Assembly (NCBI GenBank): GCA_040954595.2
Contig: CM082598.2
Location: forward strand, 9,687,097 to 9,751,096
Direction of reading: 5' to 3'
From: Balanoglossus misakiensis
Lineage: Eukaryota; Animalia; Hemichordata
Length of the DNA: 64,000 nucleotides
This document shows, in pieces, positions 39,331-52,625 of the stretch (position 1 is its first letter; every line of letters starts with the position of its first letter). A program made the position numbers and the translations under genes. The notes below the pieces were generated by a model. That model worked only from the letters and a program-made list of their open reading frames with translations. It searched no databases and was not told the origin of the DNA.

Positions 39331-39892
39331 GCCCCCTTACAAATCATTTAACATATTTCTTCAAAGTTTTGGTGATTATCGAATAGACTGTACAGGTTTT
39401 TATTATAGGTGCAAGAATCTCTACATGCAATGGACAAATTAGTGATATTAATCTAGAAACATATGCAATGCAACATGATGTCCAAAACCTTGAGGTTTAG
39501 AATTTTAAAACCACGAGAATATGTACTATTGTTGGCAGTCTAGCGCCCTCTAGTTACTACTTCTATGTGACTTCCGGTTATGTTAAGCAGGGTGCAATCC
39601 TGATTGTAATGGCGTCCCGCCCATGCACATGTAGCCCGTTGAATAAAGCAATTCAATCACACTACGGTCGTCCCGTGAGTTGTGTCACCCCGCAGTGAGC
39701 AGGAAACTCTATTGCCTTCCTGTCACAAATTCAGAATACTTGACATCATTAGTTCCAATTTGAGTATATTATGTCATGTCCACATTTAGTAGTTTGGAAT
39801 ACTGGTATAAAATTTTCTATGGTTTTATTTTATGCATGAGAATTAAATGTTAAGCCATTTCTCATGAAGTCTTTATTTCTCTTCCTTGTTAG

Positions 39893-39979
39893 GATCATTA
39901 TGATTTTGGTATGAGAGCTGTGAAGACAGTAATCTCTGCAGCCGGTAACCTGAAGAGAGAAAATCCAAACATGAATGAG
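39893..39979 (+). CDS. DNAH1: Dynein heavy chain exon S (DHYDFGMRAVKTVISAAGNLKRENPNMNE); not in ORF track
   Basis: tgttag acceptor, gag|gtgagt donor; HYDFGMR motif. Confidence 0.95.
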
Positions 39980-40526
39980 GTGAGTTACAGCTCAAAAATT
40001 AACCAATATGCCCTACCATGTCTGTACAAGTAGAATACTGATTATATCAAATGAAGTTTACCGGGTATTTCACTGTAATACCAATCACATTTATATTGTT
40101 TTTATTGTCCAAACTGTCACTAGTTAGTTCCTTTTCCCTGTTTTAGTGTATAATCTTTTTTTTGTTACTTTTTGTTACCCTATCCACAAAGTGATGTAGA
40201 TCAAAGTTAAAATTCTAACACAAAACAAGCAACATACTGTAAAACATACTGTAAAACCGGTTATTTTCGCGAGCAATAGATTAAATACGTGAGAGCCAAA
40301 AAAACGCAACAAACTATTTTCAGTTTGAAAGTACAGGTAATTTATTAAAATGGTTGTGGTTTCATGATTTTGCTACACATTGCACATTTTGTTTGAACAT
40401 TGTGGTTTGTGGCCAAGACTCTTGCTACAAACGTGACAAATAAGCTTACAATATGATATCGCGAAAATTTCCTGTTCCGAAAATAACCCGTTTTACGGTA
40501 TTTAAGTGGAAACAATTCTTTGATAT

Positions 40527-41189
40527 TTATGGGTTATTACACGAATTTTGGTCGATAACGCGTCGTATTCGAGTGATGTCCGTATTTTGACGAGTTGCGT
40601 TTCGCAACGAGTCAAAATACGGACATCACGAGAATGCGTCGCGTTATCGACCAAAATTCGTGTAATAACCACTTTATCATACATGCCTACCTATAAAACA
40701 GTACGATTTGCGCCGAGAAAAACGATTTCAAATTTGAACCGGCCGCCCTGGGATCACAGCAGTAGCCATGTTGTGACGTATGACGTGTGGGCCGTAGTAT
40801 CATTTTAAGGGGGTTGGCAGCTTTCATTACGATGGGCACATCCGCATTCTAAATAAAATTGTCTACGTTCTCTTTCAAAATATCATGTTAACAATTTTTT
40901 TGCATTGAGAATTTCGAAGAAGTAAAAATAATACATTTAACATGGCAAAACCGCCAGCTTTGAAAACGTTATTTCAGCTTCTAATAACCGAATTTTAGAA
41001 CACCCCTCTCCACAAGCGTCCTATGCCCTGTACGTCGCTCGCACGTGCAGCGAACTGTCGTGCCGCGCGTTCTCGAAAATAGTTCGAGACGCGGAGTGAA
41101 GATATATTGCACTCAGTGTAATACCGTAAAATATCTTCGGGGCGAGAACAATAGAAAGTGCCAAATACAGGCGTTGCATGTATGATAAA
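40527..41189. mobile_element. Non-autonomous Crypton-like element
   Basis: ~140-bp palindrome 40531-40670 then IR tttatcatacatgc / gcatgtatgataaa. Confidence 0.6.
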
Positions 41190-41278
41190 TGTGGATATCA
41201 GTGTGTGCATATTTAATTGATATGTATTTATCAAGACCACACCTTGATCATTGTTATCTTGTTTTCTTTGTTGTTCAG

Positions 41279-41385
41279 GAACTGATCTGTCTGAGAGCCA
41301 TCCGTGATGTCAATGTACCTAAGTTCCTACAGGATGATTTGAAACTCTTCAATGGTATCGTTTCAGATCTTTTCCCCAAAATCAA
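41279..41385 (+). CDS. DNAH1: Dynein heavy chain exon T ([17 protein letters not shown]...SDLFPKI)
   Basis: gttcag acceptor, aa|gtaaga donor. Confidence 0.94.
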
Positions 41386-41458
41386 GTAAGATATTGCATG
41401 TATGTGTGTGTGTGTGTGTGTGTGTGTATAATATATATGTGTGTGGTGTGTGTGTATA

Positions 41459-41494
<36 letters not shown>

Positions 41495-41573
41495 CAAAAA
41501 CATTAACAAAAGGGCACAATGAAAGTGAGCTTGACTGTGAAAATACTATCAATGATATGTTGTCACTTATTAA

Positions 41574-42307
41574 GGTGGCATTGCATGAAACCGTTGAGAC
41601 TTTTTCAGAGGCCTATTTCTCATCAAAGACAATGTTAAAACCCCCATAAACCATATATATTCTGGAAGCTGAGTTTTTGAACTTTTGTTTGAGTTTCAAA
41701 TATTATTGATACCTGGAAATGGTGGCGATTTTGGGTGAAAAAAAACATTTTTTGATATTATGTCATTAAATTTAAATTAGGTAAAAAAGTTGACCATGCA
41801 TGATGCATCTTAATATGTCATTCGAAACTAGAGTACACGTGCAAAAAAACGCTAATTTTGTTTTGCGTTATCTGCTTCCATTGTGGAGTAACAGCGTTTG
41901 AAAGTTAGATTTTTAGTAAAATTTGATCAAATTCACGGTGAGTTGTATTGAATCAGAGTTTATTCCCGAAAGGGACACTTAATCGACTAACAAAAATACC
42001 GTTTTGTTGGATGGGTCATACACAATCCCCAGTTACAATTTGAGCAAATTCGGCCAACGCAGAGCGAAGCTATTTTCGTCTGAAGTTGTCAAGAGCAGCG
42101 AAAATGCAAACTGAGAAAAACGGCCATTTGCATTGTTGACACCTATTTGTTAAGCTGTGAACTCATTCAGAAAAGTGCTATTTTGGGGTGATTATGCACC
42201 ATTTCAGCCAAGACGTATTAGTCAGGATGTGGATCAGTATTAGGCCTACCGATTTATGAAAAAAAGTAAAATTTGGCAAAAATCACAAGTTTTCATGCAA
42301 TGCCACC
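41574..42307. mobile_element. Kolobok-like MITE, TTAA TSD
   Basis: ttaa|ggtggcattgcatgaaa ... tttcatgcaatgccacc|ttaa. Confidence 0.8.
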
Positions 42308-42418
42308 TTAATTTGTCCTTTTGCCTCCAATTTCATATTCTTCACTTTATTTCAAACAATGGGTTAATGTACCAAATACTATTGACTCTTAAAACTTCAT
42401 GTTTTCGTATATATTTAG

Positions 42419-42590
42419 AGAAGAGCCAATTGACTATGGTGAATTAGAAGCATCCATCAGAAAGCAGTGTGGTAAACTTGGACTGAAAGATGTTGATGGC
42501 TTTGTCACCAAATGTATTCAATTATATGAAACTACGGTTGTCAGACATGGACTGATGTTGGTTGGACCTGCTGGATCAGGCAAAACCATG
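42419..42590 (+). CDS. DNAH1: Dynein heavy chain exon U (EEPIDYG...VRHGLMLVGPAGSGKTM), AAA2 P-loop
   Basis: atttag acceptor, atg|gtgagt donor. Confidence 0.94.
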
Positions 42591-42866
42591 GTGAGTATTT
42601 AGCCTAACATACATGTAGCTAGGATAGTGTTGTGTGCATATTTCACACAATATTTGCAGATCATATGAATTTCATGTGTCACTGTAAAAAGTCCTTGGCC
42701 TGGGGTAAAGGTGGATTGTATGGGTGATTGTATGATTGAATTTCAGCTTTTGTAATTTTGATATGATGCACCAGTCTGAGAAGTGATGACAATATATTTT
42801 GGTGTTGCTTGCAAAGATGCTGTGAATTTTGTTTAATCAGTCAATACATGTGTATCTATTTACAAG

Positions 42867-43021
42867 TCTTATGAAGTCTTGAAGAGGGCTCTGACTGCGT
42901 TGAAAGGCCAACCAGCTATTGGAGGCGGTACATATGAGACTGTACATACCTACATACTGAATCCCAAATCCATCACTATGGGTCAGCTCTATGGTGAATT
43001 TGACTTGCTCACACATGAATG
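42867..43021 (+). CDS. DNAH1: Dynein heavy chain exon V ([16 protein letters not shown]...[21 protein letters not shown]); not in ORF track
   Basis: Hand-translated; tacaag (AAG) acceptor fixed by frame and homology, tg|gtgagt donor. Confidence 0.88.
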
Positions 43022-43609
43022 GTGAGTTACATTGTTTTTTTTTATTTGAATTTTCAGATGAATGTAGCTACACAAACAAATCAAACTTGGGAGATTATAT
43101 GTTCTTTATACTTGTGAACTTATAAATACGTCATGGATTAGTAAAAATCTGATCTATCTAATACCAGGTTCACACAGGGTAAAATTTGAGACAGTGCCTA
43201 TACATAAGGATTAATGATCTGTGTTTGCCATAGGCAAATAGTGTCTCAAATTTTACCCTGTCTGAACCTGGTATATGTTACTTTTGATAAATTTACACGT
43301 GTTTACGAGTGTGACCCGGTAAAACTATTTTAATAACAAAAATAATACAAATTCTAATGGTGTGAAAAATTGAAAAAAGTAAAAATCACCAAAAAATTGC
43401 AATAAACGTGCATCTCACCCTTAAACCGTTCACACATAATAATTTACGGCAGTATTTGATCTGAGACGTTTCAGAAATGTCTGAATGGTCCCTGTGACCC
43501 CATCCTCATGTACTTATAAATACGCCAGGGATTAGTAAAAGTCTTATCTATCTAAGTTGCCAGTTTATGTGTAGGGGAAGAATGAATGAAAATCCTATTG
43601 ACTTTGCAG

Positions 43610-43787
43610 GACTGATGGTATCCTGTCTTCATTGATCCGTGGTGGTGCCTCTTCCACTGATGAGGACAGTAGATGGTACATATTTGATGGCCCAGTAGAT
43701 GCTGTGTGGATTGAAAACATGAACACCGTACTGGATGACAACAAAAAACTGTGTCTTAGTAGTGGTGAAATTATCAAACTGACAGAG
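43610..43787 (+). CDS. DNAH1: Dynein heavy chain exon W ([10 protein letters not shown]...[35 protein letters not shown])
   Basis: ttgcag acceptor, gag|gtaagt donor. Confidence 0.95.
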
Positions 43788-44113
43788 GTAAGTCTAATAA
43801 AGATACTAGACTTGCACACATGTACACCTACCTGAAATTTGAAAATACTATACTAATAATTATTGAATACTTATCATAACCAGAATAATAATAGGTGGAC
43901 TGTAACAAAAGTTTCACTGTTGAATTATATTTTGTCATGAAGAATAATTTTCGGGTTTATTTTCCAAATACATGAACAGATTTATACGTTGGTAAAATGG
44001 ACTTTTCCTCTCTAGACAAAAGAACTTCTTGTGAGAATAACAAATGACAACACTTAATATGAACAAATATAAATCAATACATATATTTTTTTTTTTTTTT
44101 TTTTTTTTTACAG

Positions 44114-44308
44114 TACATGAGAATGATGTTTGAAGTGGCTGACTTAGCTGTGGCATCTCCTGCCACTGTGAGTCGTTGTGGTATGGTTTATTTGGAACCA
44201 AGTATTTTAGGCCTGAAGCCATTTGTAGAATGTTGGTTGAAGAAACTTCCTGATAACATCTATCCATACAAAAATGACCTGAAAGAACTCTTTGATAAAT
44301 ACATGGAG
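44114..44308 (+). CDS. DNAH1: Dynein heavy chain exon X (YMRMMFEVADLAVASPATVSRCGMVY...DKYME)
   Basis: poly-T + acag acceptor, gag|gtaagt donor. Confidence 0.95.
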
Positions 44309-45397
44309 GTAAGTCATTGAATTACAACAATAAAATACATTATTAGGTCCCATTGGTTTATATACCATGGGACCTTATCGAATCAGTTGCGTCTGTATGT
44401 ATGTATGGATGGATGTATGTCTGTATGTCCGTCCACATCAAAAACTTGAAAACCGCTGCGCGTATAACCTCGATATTTGGTGTGTAGATGCATGCTGGGC
44501 TGTAGATGGGAGTTTGTTCATATGAAGTTGTCATTGCCAAAAATATGCAAATTAGCTGCGAAAATGTGTAATTGGTGAATTTTTTTTTTTCATTTTCCTC
44601 ATTTTTAGTAAATAAAATCTTCTTTTCTAAAGTAACGTTCCAAATTCTTATAAAATGATTTGAGGGTGTGCAGAGGTGTTTTTTTTTTCATTTTTTTTTA
44701 AATCAAGGTGAAGAATTCAATAGTATATTAATATTTGGGCTGCGTTTTGCCATTTTTGGTCAAAACTCTTTCTCAGAACCCTCTATCCCTATTGCTTTGA
44801 AATTTGATTTGAAGGTTCCTGGGTGTATTCTCATGATGATTTTAATACAAAACCTATAATGAAGAAAGTGTCAATGATTTGTGGGGCACTATCTTGTATT
44901 TTGGTGGCATAGTTTCTAATTTTGATAAAATAATATTTCTCAGAAATTTTGTGGCTGATTATTTTAACATTTGAGTTGTAAGTTAATGGGAGGGGCTTCT
45001 TTAGAATTATAATGGAATCAAATCATGGGTAATTCAGAATTTTAATATTTTGTAGGATATTTATACCACAAAAAATTTTATCTCAAGAAAAGATTACCGG
45101 TACATAATTCTTTGTAACTTGGGAGGAACCGCCAAGGAGATTTGTATACACAGCAAATTCCTGCATGTTTACATAACTGGTGAACCTGTACTATTTTGTG
45201 TATGTACAGTACACATGCCATTGGCAGGTTATCAGTCAGTCAGTGTTTCCCCGTTGATCTCTATGTGTGTGTGTCTGTCTCTCTGTATATCAGGCCTTGA
45301 ACTTACCGGGCCGGTAAATATTTATAATGGGCCGATTATTTTCACGTCTCGTTGGCCCAATTGGGCCGGTGAATATACACAAAAAAATCAGTAAAAC

Positions 45398-46275
45398 CAT
45401 AGACCCTAGAGAAAGAAGGACCCGCAACTCCAGGTTTTTCTTGAAACAATGTTTTTTTGCATACATTATTTCCGGATAAACCCCAATAAACCAATTTGCA
45501 AATAAACTGAATGTATAAACTAACGCAAAGTCTCGCGTTTTGCGTGAAGTTATCACAAACACCTCAGAACATCTCAGCGATCATTTATGGAACACATCTA
45601 GACAAGTTAAACAGGAATTTGGCACTTCTGAGTCTGACAGCGTCCAAAACAAGCATCTTTTGTCTAACAGTCCGGGTATTTGACAAGGCTGTGAGCTAAC
45701 CGTACCGAGGGTTGCCTGCCGTCGTCAGCCATGAAAAACCAAGATGGCGGCCATAGCGCTCACGTGAAAATCCACCCAGTTTGTTTACAAATTGTTTTCG
45801 TGAAATCTGTTTTATTGTTCACGCACTGCGAAATAAAATGCCCCTAAACCACAATTTTTGTTTCAATGTAACGCAAACATAAAATTATAACGAAAAGTTT
45901 CAGCATTACCAAGAAATATGAGTGCCCAGTCGGACATGCAAAAAACATGGATGATTTGTTTACCATTTTTAAATGAAGCTTGTGGCACTAGAAATGACCG
46001 TTCAACCGACAGACGAACACCAAACCATAATAATTAGCACAAACAATGTAATACTTTTAGAATTTTAGAAAAAAACGCAGTGGCTGCTGAAATACAGGAG
46101 TGCCAGTTTGGTGGCAAGTTTTCGCATCACTGGTAGGGTCACGTGCCGAGTAAGGAAGTCATTGTCCAACTGTCCTAGGTGTTAATTATATGCAAAAGAA
46201 CATCATCATACAGCTAATCCCCAAACCCTTTGATCTATGCCGCAGTTGCGCGTCCTTCTTTCTCTAAGGTCTATG
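45398..46275. mobile_element. MITE with CATAGA termini and 7-bp TSD (P-element-like)
   Basis: gtaaaac|catagaccctagagaaagaaggac ... gtccttctttctctaaggtctatg|gtaaaac. Confidence 0.75.
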
Positions 46276-47011
46276 GTAAAACATACTGTAAAATCAATAT
46301 TCTATTGTACAAAATATTTAGAAAGAAAGATTTGAAGAAAAAACAACGTTGTGTGTCTTTATATGCCGGTTTTTAGGTCCCATTGGTATAGGCATATATA
46401 CCATGGGACCTTATAGGATCGGTTGCGTCTGTATGTATGTATGTATGGATGGATGTATGTCTGTATGTCCGTCCACATCAAAAACTTGAAAACCGCAGCG
46501 TGTATGTATAACCTTGATATTTGGTGTGCATATGCAGGCTGGGCTGAGATGGGATTTTGTTCAAATGAAGTTGTCATTGCCAAAAATATGCAAATTAGCT
46601 GGAAAAATGTGAATTTGGTCAAAACTCAGTAACTCAAGATTGCTTTGCAAAGTGGTGTGTATTTACTTTTTTGGGTTGTTTTAATAAGGCAGGAAGCCCC
46701 CTCCGGTCAAGATGTCCGACATGGGCGATCTTATTCCTTAGCATCGCTGTTCATATGCAAAGTATAATGATCTGTATTGTAAAAGATTGTCGTGATTGTA
46801 TCTATGACTCGAGCTGCGTGTCACGCACTCAACCTAACCCCGTGTAATATGTTCTACGCGTACATACGTACAGTACGTGCACTGTACACATGTGGTATTT
46901 ATCTCCAGGCTGCCACATTGTCACAGAAGTGTTGCACCAGTGAACGTATAGTGGCAAAACGGATATCGATAATGAATTTGGTTATCATAGTAGTAATCTA
47001 CATGGTTTTTT

Positions 47012-47868
47012 TTTAGCTCTGCTGTCACTTGTGTCAGCCGAGCTGTAGCAGTAGGTTGATAAGTGTCCGTCCGTCGTCCATCCGTCCGGCGTCCGTCAAC
47101 TTTTGTTATTTCAATCTTCTTCATTAAAACAACTTGGCATATTTAGCTGAAATTTGGTTGGATTGTGTGTTATGGTGCCCTTAACTGATTTTGTTATGGG
47201 GTCATGAATATGCAAATTAGATCTAAAAATAGAAGTTTTGGTAAAACTCTTCTTCTCCACAACTACATGTACAATGGTGCTGAAATTTGGTAGGAATGTG
47301 TGTTATGGTGCCCCTACTTGATTTTGTAAATTTGGATTTAATGGGGTCATGAATATGCAAATTAGATCTAAAAATAGAATTTTTGGTCAAAAATCTTCTT
47401 CTCCATAACTACATGTACGATGGAGCTGAAATTTGGTAGGAATGTGTGTTATGGTGCCCCTACCAGATTTTGTTAATTTGGATATGATGGGGTCATAAAT
47501 ATGCAAATTAGATCTAAAAATAGAATTTTTGGTCAAAAATCTTCTTCTCCATAACTACATGTACAATGGTGCTGAAATTTGGTAGGAATGTGTGTTATGG
47601 TGCCCTACGTGATTTTGTTAATTGGAATTTTGATGGGGTCATGAATATGCAAATTAGAACCTTGGTGCTTCCTTTTGATGTTGTTCTTTAGGATTCAATT
47701 CTTTCTTTCTTTAGCACAATGAATCAAGCTGAATTTGGATAAATACTTGTGATGTCTATGTTTGGTTTTATTCAATAGAATACAATTGTTATGAATTAAA
47801 ACCTAGGGTATTCATATCATTGCACTGTTAAAGTCAGCAGAGCTCTTTTGACCGATAGGTCACTTGTT
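47012..47868 (+). mobile_element. HINE-like element, family 3, with ~145-bp internal tandem repeats
   Basis: Sub-terminal IR agctctgctg / cagcagagct, (gtcc)n microsatellite, 3-4 tandem units 47140-47660, 3' hairpin tgaccgataggtca. Confidence 0.7.
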
Positions 47869-48324
47869 TCTCCTAAGCTACCATCCATTTTTAAAATATA
47901 CTGTTTCCCTACAAAGCCTTGTTGGTTTTTCCACATTTTGTTGACATATGAAGAGGATTTGATTTTCATAATGTGTTATCCCTCGAGCTTTGTGAAATTC
48001 GAGGACTTAAAAGTTGCCTGCATTGACCTGCACTGGCCCGCAACCTGAAAACTGGTCAGAAAGTAGTGACCCGCACTGGCCCGCACAATAGTTACACTCG
48101 TTTACAACTGCTATGCTCCCATTAACTGGAGAAAGTAAACCATGATTGAACTGTCTGTTTGAATAATTCATGTATTTTGCTATAACACCTACAATACTAT
48201 AGTCAGCCCATGACAGGATATACTTGAAAAGGGAACACTTTTCATTAAAACATTTCAGTTGATCCTGAATGCTGATATTTAAAAAAAAAAATGAAACAGA
48301 GTGTGAGAACAAATCGATCCCACA

Positions 48325-48686
48325 TTCTCACAGAATCGAAAGCTGTATATGACGCGAGCGCTGAGTGGTTGATAAAGTGTTTTATTGCTAACACGCGCTA
48401 AATGTTATCCAATGGCATGATATGTATTATAGGGACAGAGACTATAACGTGCCCAGATGACAGTTCCAGAGTCATTTATTCAATGTTTTTTAACAAATTT
48501 GGCTAATTTGTGGCTGTGTGAGAAATATAATCTCACACACCAAGGACCTTGGATCATATTTCTCACACTCGTCAGGGATATTCTGTCCCATACTCGCCTG
48601 CTGCTCGTGTGGGACAGAAAATCCCCCACTCGTGTGAGAAATATGATCCCAGGTCCTTGGGAGTGTGAGATTATTTCTCTCATAAT
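48325..48686. mobile_element. Non-autonomous Crypton-like element (reverse orientation)
   Basis: ~165-bp palindrome 48517-48684; IR ttctcaca/tgtgagaa; degenerate CCAATCAG (ccactcag) on minus strand. Confidence 0.5.
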
Positions 48687-49691
48687 TTCTACTAGTGCAC
48701 CGATTTTTTTTTCAAAATGCATCTCTCATACCTTGCACTGGTGCGATTTGACAATACACAATGAATTCCATCACCAATATAGCAGTAAAACATGTGATAC
48801 AAAATCTGAGATGTCTTAGGATGTTTTTGAACCAATCAGTAACCATTTTCTAAAAATTATAGATCTGAAACCGAAATTCTGAATTTGGTCATCCCAGGGA
48901 AATGACAAAATATATAGTGTGTGAAGCCATTTATGTGTGTGGGGCCTAAACAATTATTAGAGCCCTTGATAGAAGGTTACATAGTAGCACATGTAAATGA
49001 CGTTCTGCACTAAAAAAAGTGTGAACTTGGCATGGGCAGGTAAAAAAGTTGTTGGGAAGGTAAATTGTCTAGTGTACCTGCCCATTGGGCAGGTGAGCAA
49101 AAAACTAAAGTTTGAGGCCTGTATATGTACTACAGTGTCGACTTTTTCTTGTTTCATCCTAAATGGGACCACAGTGTCGTTGACACGATTATTTATATAT
49201 CTAGCACCGAGAACAATAGAATTTTGCGTGCACTAAAAAAGCCGTATGAACGGGATGTATTTAACACAAAATCTGTGTCACAATGTTGTTCAGACTGCTT
49301 TTATTTTGGTTGGGTCAGACCATTATAAACAACAAGATATAAACTGAATGTCCTCAGTTGACATATGACAGATCATTTTGAAATGCTGATTCATTAAGGC
49401 ACAAGTTGTGTACATTTTCAGTGACGAAGCCACGAATTTAAAGCAGTTTGTGTTCATCAAAGATCAAATTGCACATCTGAATGTACCAATTGTTATCAAA
49501 TGGGATCAATACTGTTATTGTGGAATAAAAAATTAATTTGAATTTCTCATTTTTCAAACATTAGCTGTTGACCATTGACAGCCAATATATTTCTCACATA
49601 TTTTAATAAGTTTCCAAAACACCTGAATGGTATTTCTAACCAATTCAAAACATTTGTAGAATAGTGACAAGTTGTTGTTATATTTTGACAG

Positions 49692-49811
49692 GATACCATA
49701 AAGTTTGTACGTGCAAACTTGAAAGAGATTGTACCCAGCATGGATAGTCAAATGTGTTTGAGTTTACTCAAACTACTGGAGTGTTTCTTCACACCATTCA
49801 TCCCACAAGAG
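49692..49811 (+). CDS. DNAH1: Dynein heavy chain exon Y (DTIKFVRANLKEIV...FTPFIPQE)
   Basis: tgacag acceptor, gag|gtaagt donor; matches DNAH1 SLLKLL.CFF.PF. Confidence 0.9.
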
Positions 49812-49891
49812 GTAAGTTATCAACTTTTACTAACACTTTTCAACAATTTTTTACCTGACGTGATCTCAACAGAACAAAATAAATACATATC

Positions 49892-50732
49892 CAGTGTTCT
49901 GCCGAGGCAGCGCCCTTAGGGGATTCCGGCAAAAAAATAAATAAAAAATAACGCAACAACTTTACCGTCACCGGGTTGGCAGATGCGGCCTGCATGCCCT
50001 GGTAAATATGCCCATACTCGCTAGGTCTGGACGCTGGCTATGCTAGGATTAAAACTCAGTGCACCCCCGTAAGTGAACTGTGTTGTTATGAAAACTATTG
50101 AAATTGTTTCCCTTGGGTTGACCGCAGAAGTGTCAATTTTATGCAAATTAGCAGATTGCGCTCAGGCGCTAGGCTGCCATGGAGATTATCAAGACTGTAA
50201 TTGTTTTCCCTGACCTTGTTTTCTTACTATCGGAATGAAAGTCATTGGATATAAGTAGAGAGAGTTCTACCTAAATCAGTGAAACACAATTGTAAATTAC
50301 TCCTTACAACATCAGTCCTCTGTGGTGGTGTATCTCCATGATCTTGCAAAGCTTTCACAGCTTCAAGTTCAAAACATACCATCTACTGACCTAGATTGAA
50401 ACTCATTTTACTTTCCAAACAATGTAAGCCCCCGTCACACTGATGACAAAAAAAACATTGCTGCAGATGGAGAAGTGTATATAGGCAGCAATCTGAATGA
50501 ATGCCACATTAATTTATATGTATGATCATCTCTAATGTGATACTATCATAATTGTTAACTTTCCATATACCTAATGTGTCTCGATCAGAACAGAATGCAA
50601 TGTTCTTGATCATTATGTCACATGTAATAAAGTGCATTTTGTCTTATTAGACAATTGATTTTGGTATGACCCCATTCTTTCTTAAAATGACCCCACTTTT
50701 TTTAGCCAGCCAAGGACCTCAGCAGAACACTG
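49892..50732. mobile_element. hAT-like MITE with 6-bp TSD
   Basis: catatc|cagtgttctgccgagg ... cctcagcagaacactg|catatc; internal similarity to 28107-29198. Confidence 0.75.
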
Positions 50733-51927
50733 CATATCTGGCCTCAAAGAGATACCAAAAAGATACAGTATTTGATCAAAAAAAATAAATTCACATCACA
50801 TCCATACTTCTCCAAAACCAGAAGAAATTTAGTATTTTGATGTCTTCTGTTTTTTTTGTGTGTGTGAGAAATCAGAACCTGTTTAATATCTGCATGAAAG
50901 AAAATTATAACTTTGCAAAACTATGTAAATTTATAAAATATACGTGTATAGGTCTTCTCTGTTTACAGTGTACTTATTTGAATATTAAAAAAAATCATTG
51001 TTTAATAAACAGGCATATTTCTTAATTCTTTGATAAGTTTTATTGATAAATGCAAACTTATTTATATATTTAAATTATGTTGTGTGTAGTGTTTACATGT
51101 AAATCTCTAACAGTTCTAGATTCATCAGTATTTCTTTGTCTCATTTATTTTGTGATAAAACTTGCAAGGATTTCATTATGCTCAGATTCTTATCCAAATC
51201 ACTGTCATGTCATAATGGAATAAAAAAAAGTGATGATGATGGTGATGGGGATGATAGTGCTAGTGATGTTGTAAGTTACATTGGTGTGAACCTACCTGAC
51301 ATCCCTGTACCCTGCCATTGGTATTGGAATGGTTTGCACATTTTCATTGTGAGATGATTTTCTGGTCTGATGTGATTGGCATGTATCCAAGAAATACCCA
51401 GTAATGCTTGTGAAGGATGTATATCTCTCCCTTTCCTGTGAAAGAAAATTAGTTTGTATTTCCTTTGTTACCCTATTCTTCTTGCAATGTATGTTCTTGT
51501 TTGGGTCCTGTTGAGTGACAGCTGAATTTCCCCCAGACTCGACATTGCCAAATTGAGATAGGGAGACTCATCCTTTCATGACTAATGATCAAGTTCATTA
51601 ATCGTTGTGATTTGAGTTCCTCCCCATCCCCTGAAAATTGGAAAACACTTTGGGATTACAATATAAAGTTCACTGGAAAATTAATACTTGACTTACTCCT
51701 GACAGTGGGGTGATGGTCATTTCAGATAATTTCATTGGCAATATTTGGAAAATCATGTGCTTAAAGCCTCAGATCTGGAGCTGCCAAATTTCACATATTT
51801 TTCCCACAATAAAATCTTTTCTCTATCATTTAAAATCCTCACCATTAAGTCATACTACTTGTATGTTTGCATCTCTTGATGACGCATTCCACGATATTTG
51901 TGTACACTGTGTATGGAGGCTGATTAA

Positions 51928-52625
51928 GGTGGCATTGCACGAAACCGTCAAGACTTTTTCAGAGGCCTATTTCTCATCAAAGACAACGTTAAAACCCCTG
52001 TAAACCATACATATTCTAGAAGCTGAGTTTTTGAACTTTTGTTTGTGTTGCACATTTTATTGACCCCGGAAATTTTGATATTGTGTCATTCAATTGGAAT
52101 TAGGTAAAAAAGTTTACCATGCCTCCTGCATCTTAATATGCCATTTGAAACTAGAGTACACGTGCAAATAAACAACAATTTTGTGTTGCGTTATCTGCTT
52201 TCATTGAGGAGTAACAGCGTTTGCAAGTTAAGTTTTTAGAAACTTTGATTAAATTCACGATGAGTTGTATTGAATCAAAGTTCATTTTGTTGACAATTTG
52301 TTGACTAAAAACTTTGTCGTATTGTTGGAAGGGTCATACACAATCCCCTGTTAAAATTTGATCAAATTCGGCCAACGCAGAGCTAAGCCAAATTCTTCTG
52401 AAGTTGTCAAAAGCAGCGAAAATGCAAACCAAGAAAAACAGCAATTTGCATTGTTGACACTTATTTCTTAAGCCGTGGACTCATTCAGAAAAGTGCTATT
52501 TTTGGGTGATTATGCATCATTTCTGCCAAGACGCATTTGTCAGAATGTGGGTCAGTATTAGACCTACTGATTTATGTAATGAAGAAAAAATTGGTAAAAA
52601 TCACAACTTTTCATGCAATACCACC
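51928..52625. mobile_element. Kolobok-like MITE, second copy of 41574-42307
   Basis: Same TIRs and TTAA flanks; colinear interior. Confidence 0.8.

Larger units (their letters stand above)
45291..49121. mobile_element. hAT-like element with 5-bp TSD (tatat) carrying several nested insertions
   Basis: TIR caggccttgaactt / aagtttgaggcctg; interrupts HINE family 1 copy. Confidence 0.55.
1047..49811 (+). other. DNAH1: Axonemal dynein heavy chain gene, internal part (25 exons in window; continues beyond both ends)
   Basis: Exons join in one frame with compatible phases; AAA1 Walker A GPAGTGKT, Walker [13 protein letters not shown]2 [33 protein letters not shown]; closely follows recalled vertebrate DNAH1 (e.g. 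[56 protein letters not shown]). Confidence 0.93.
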
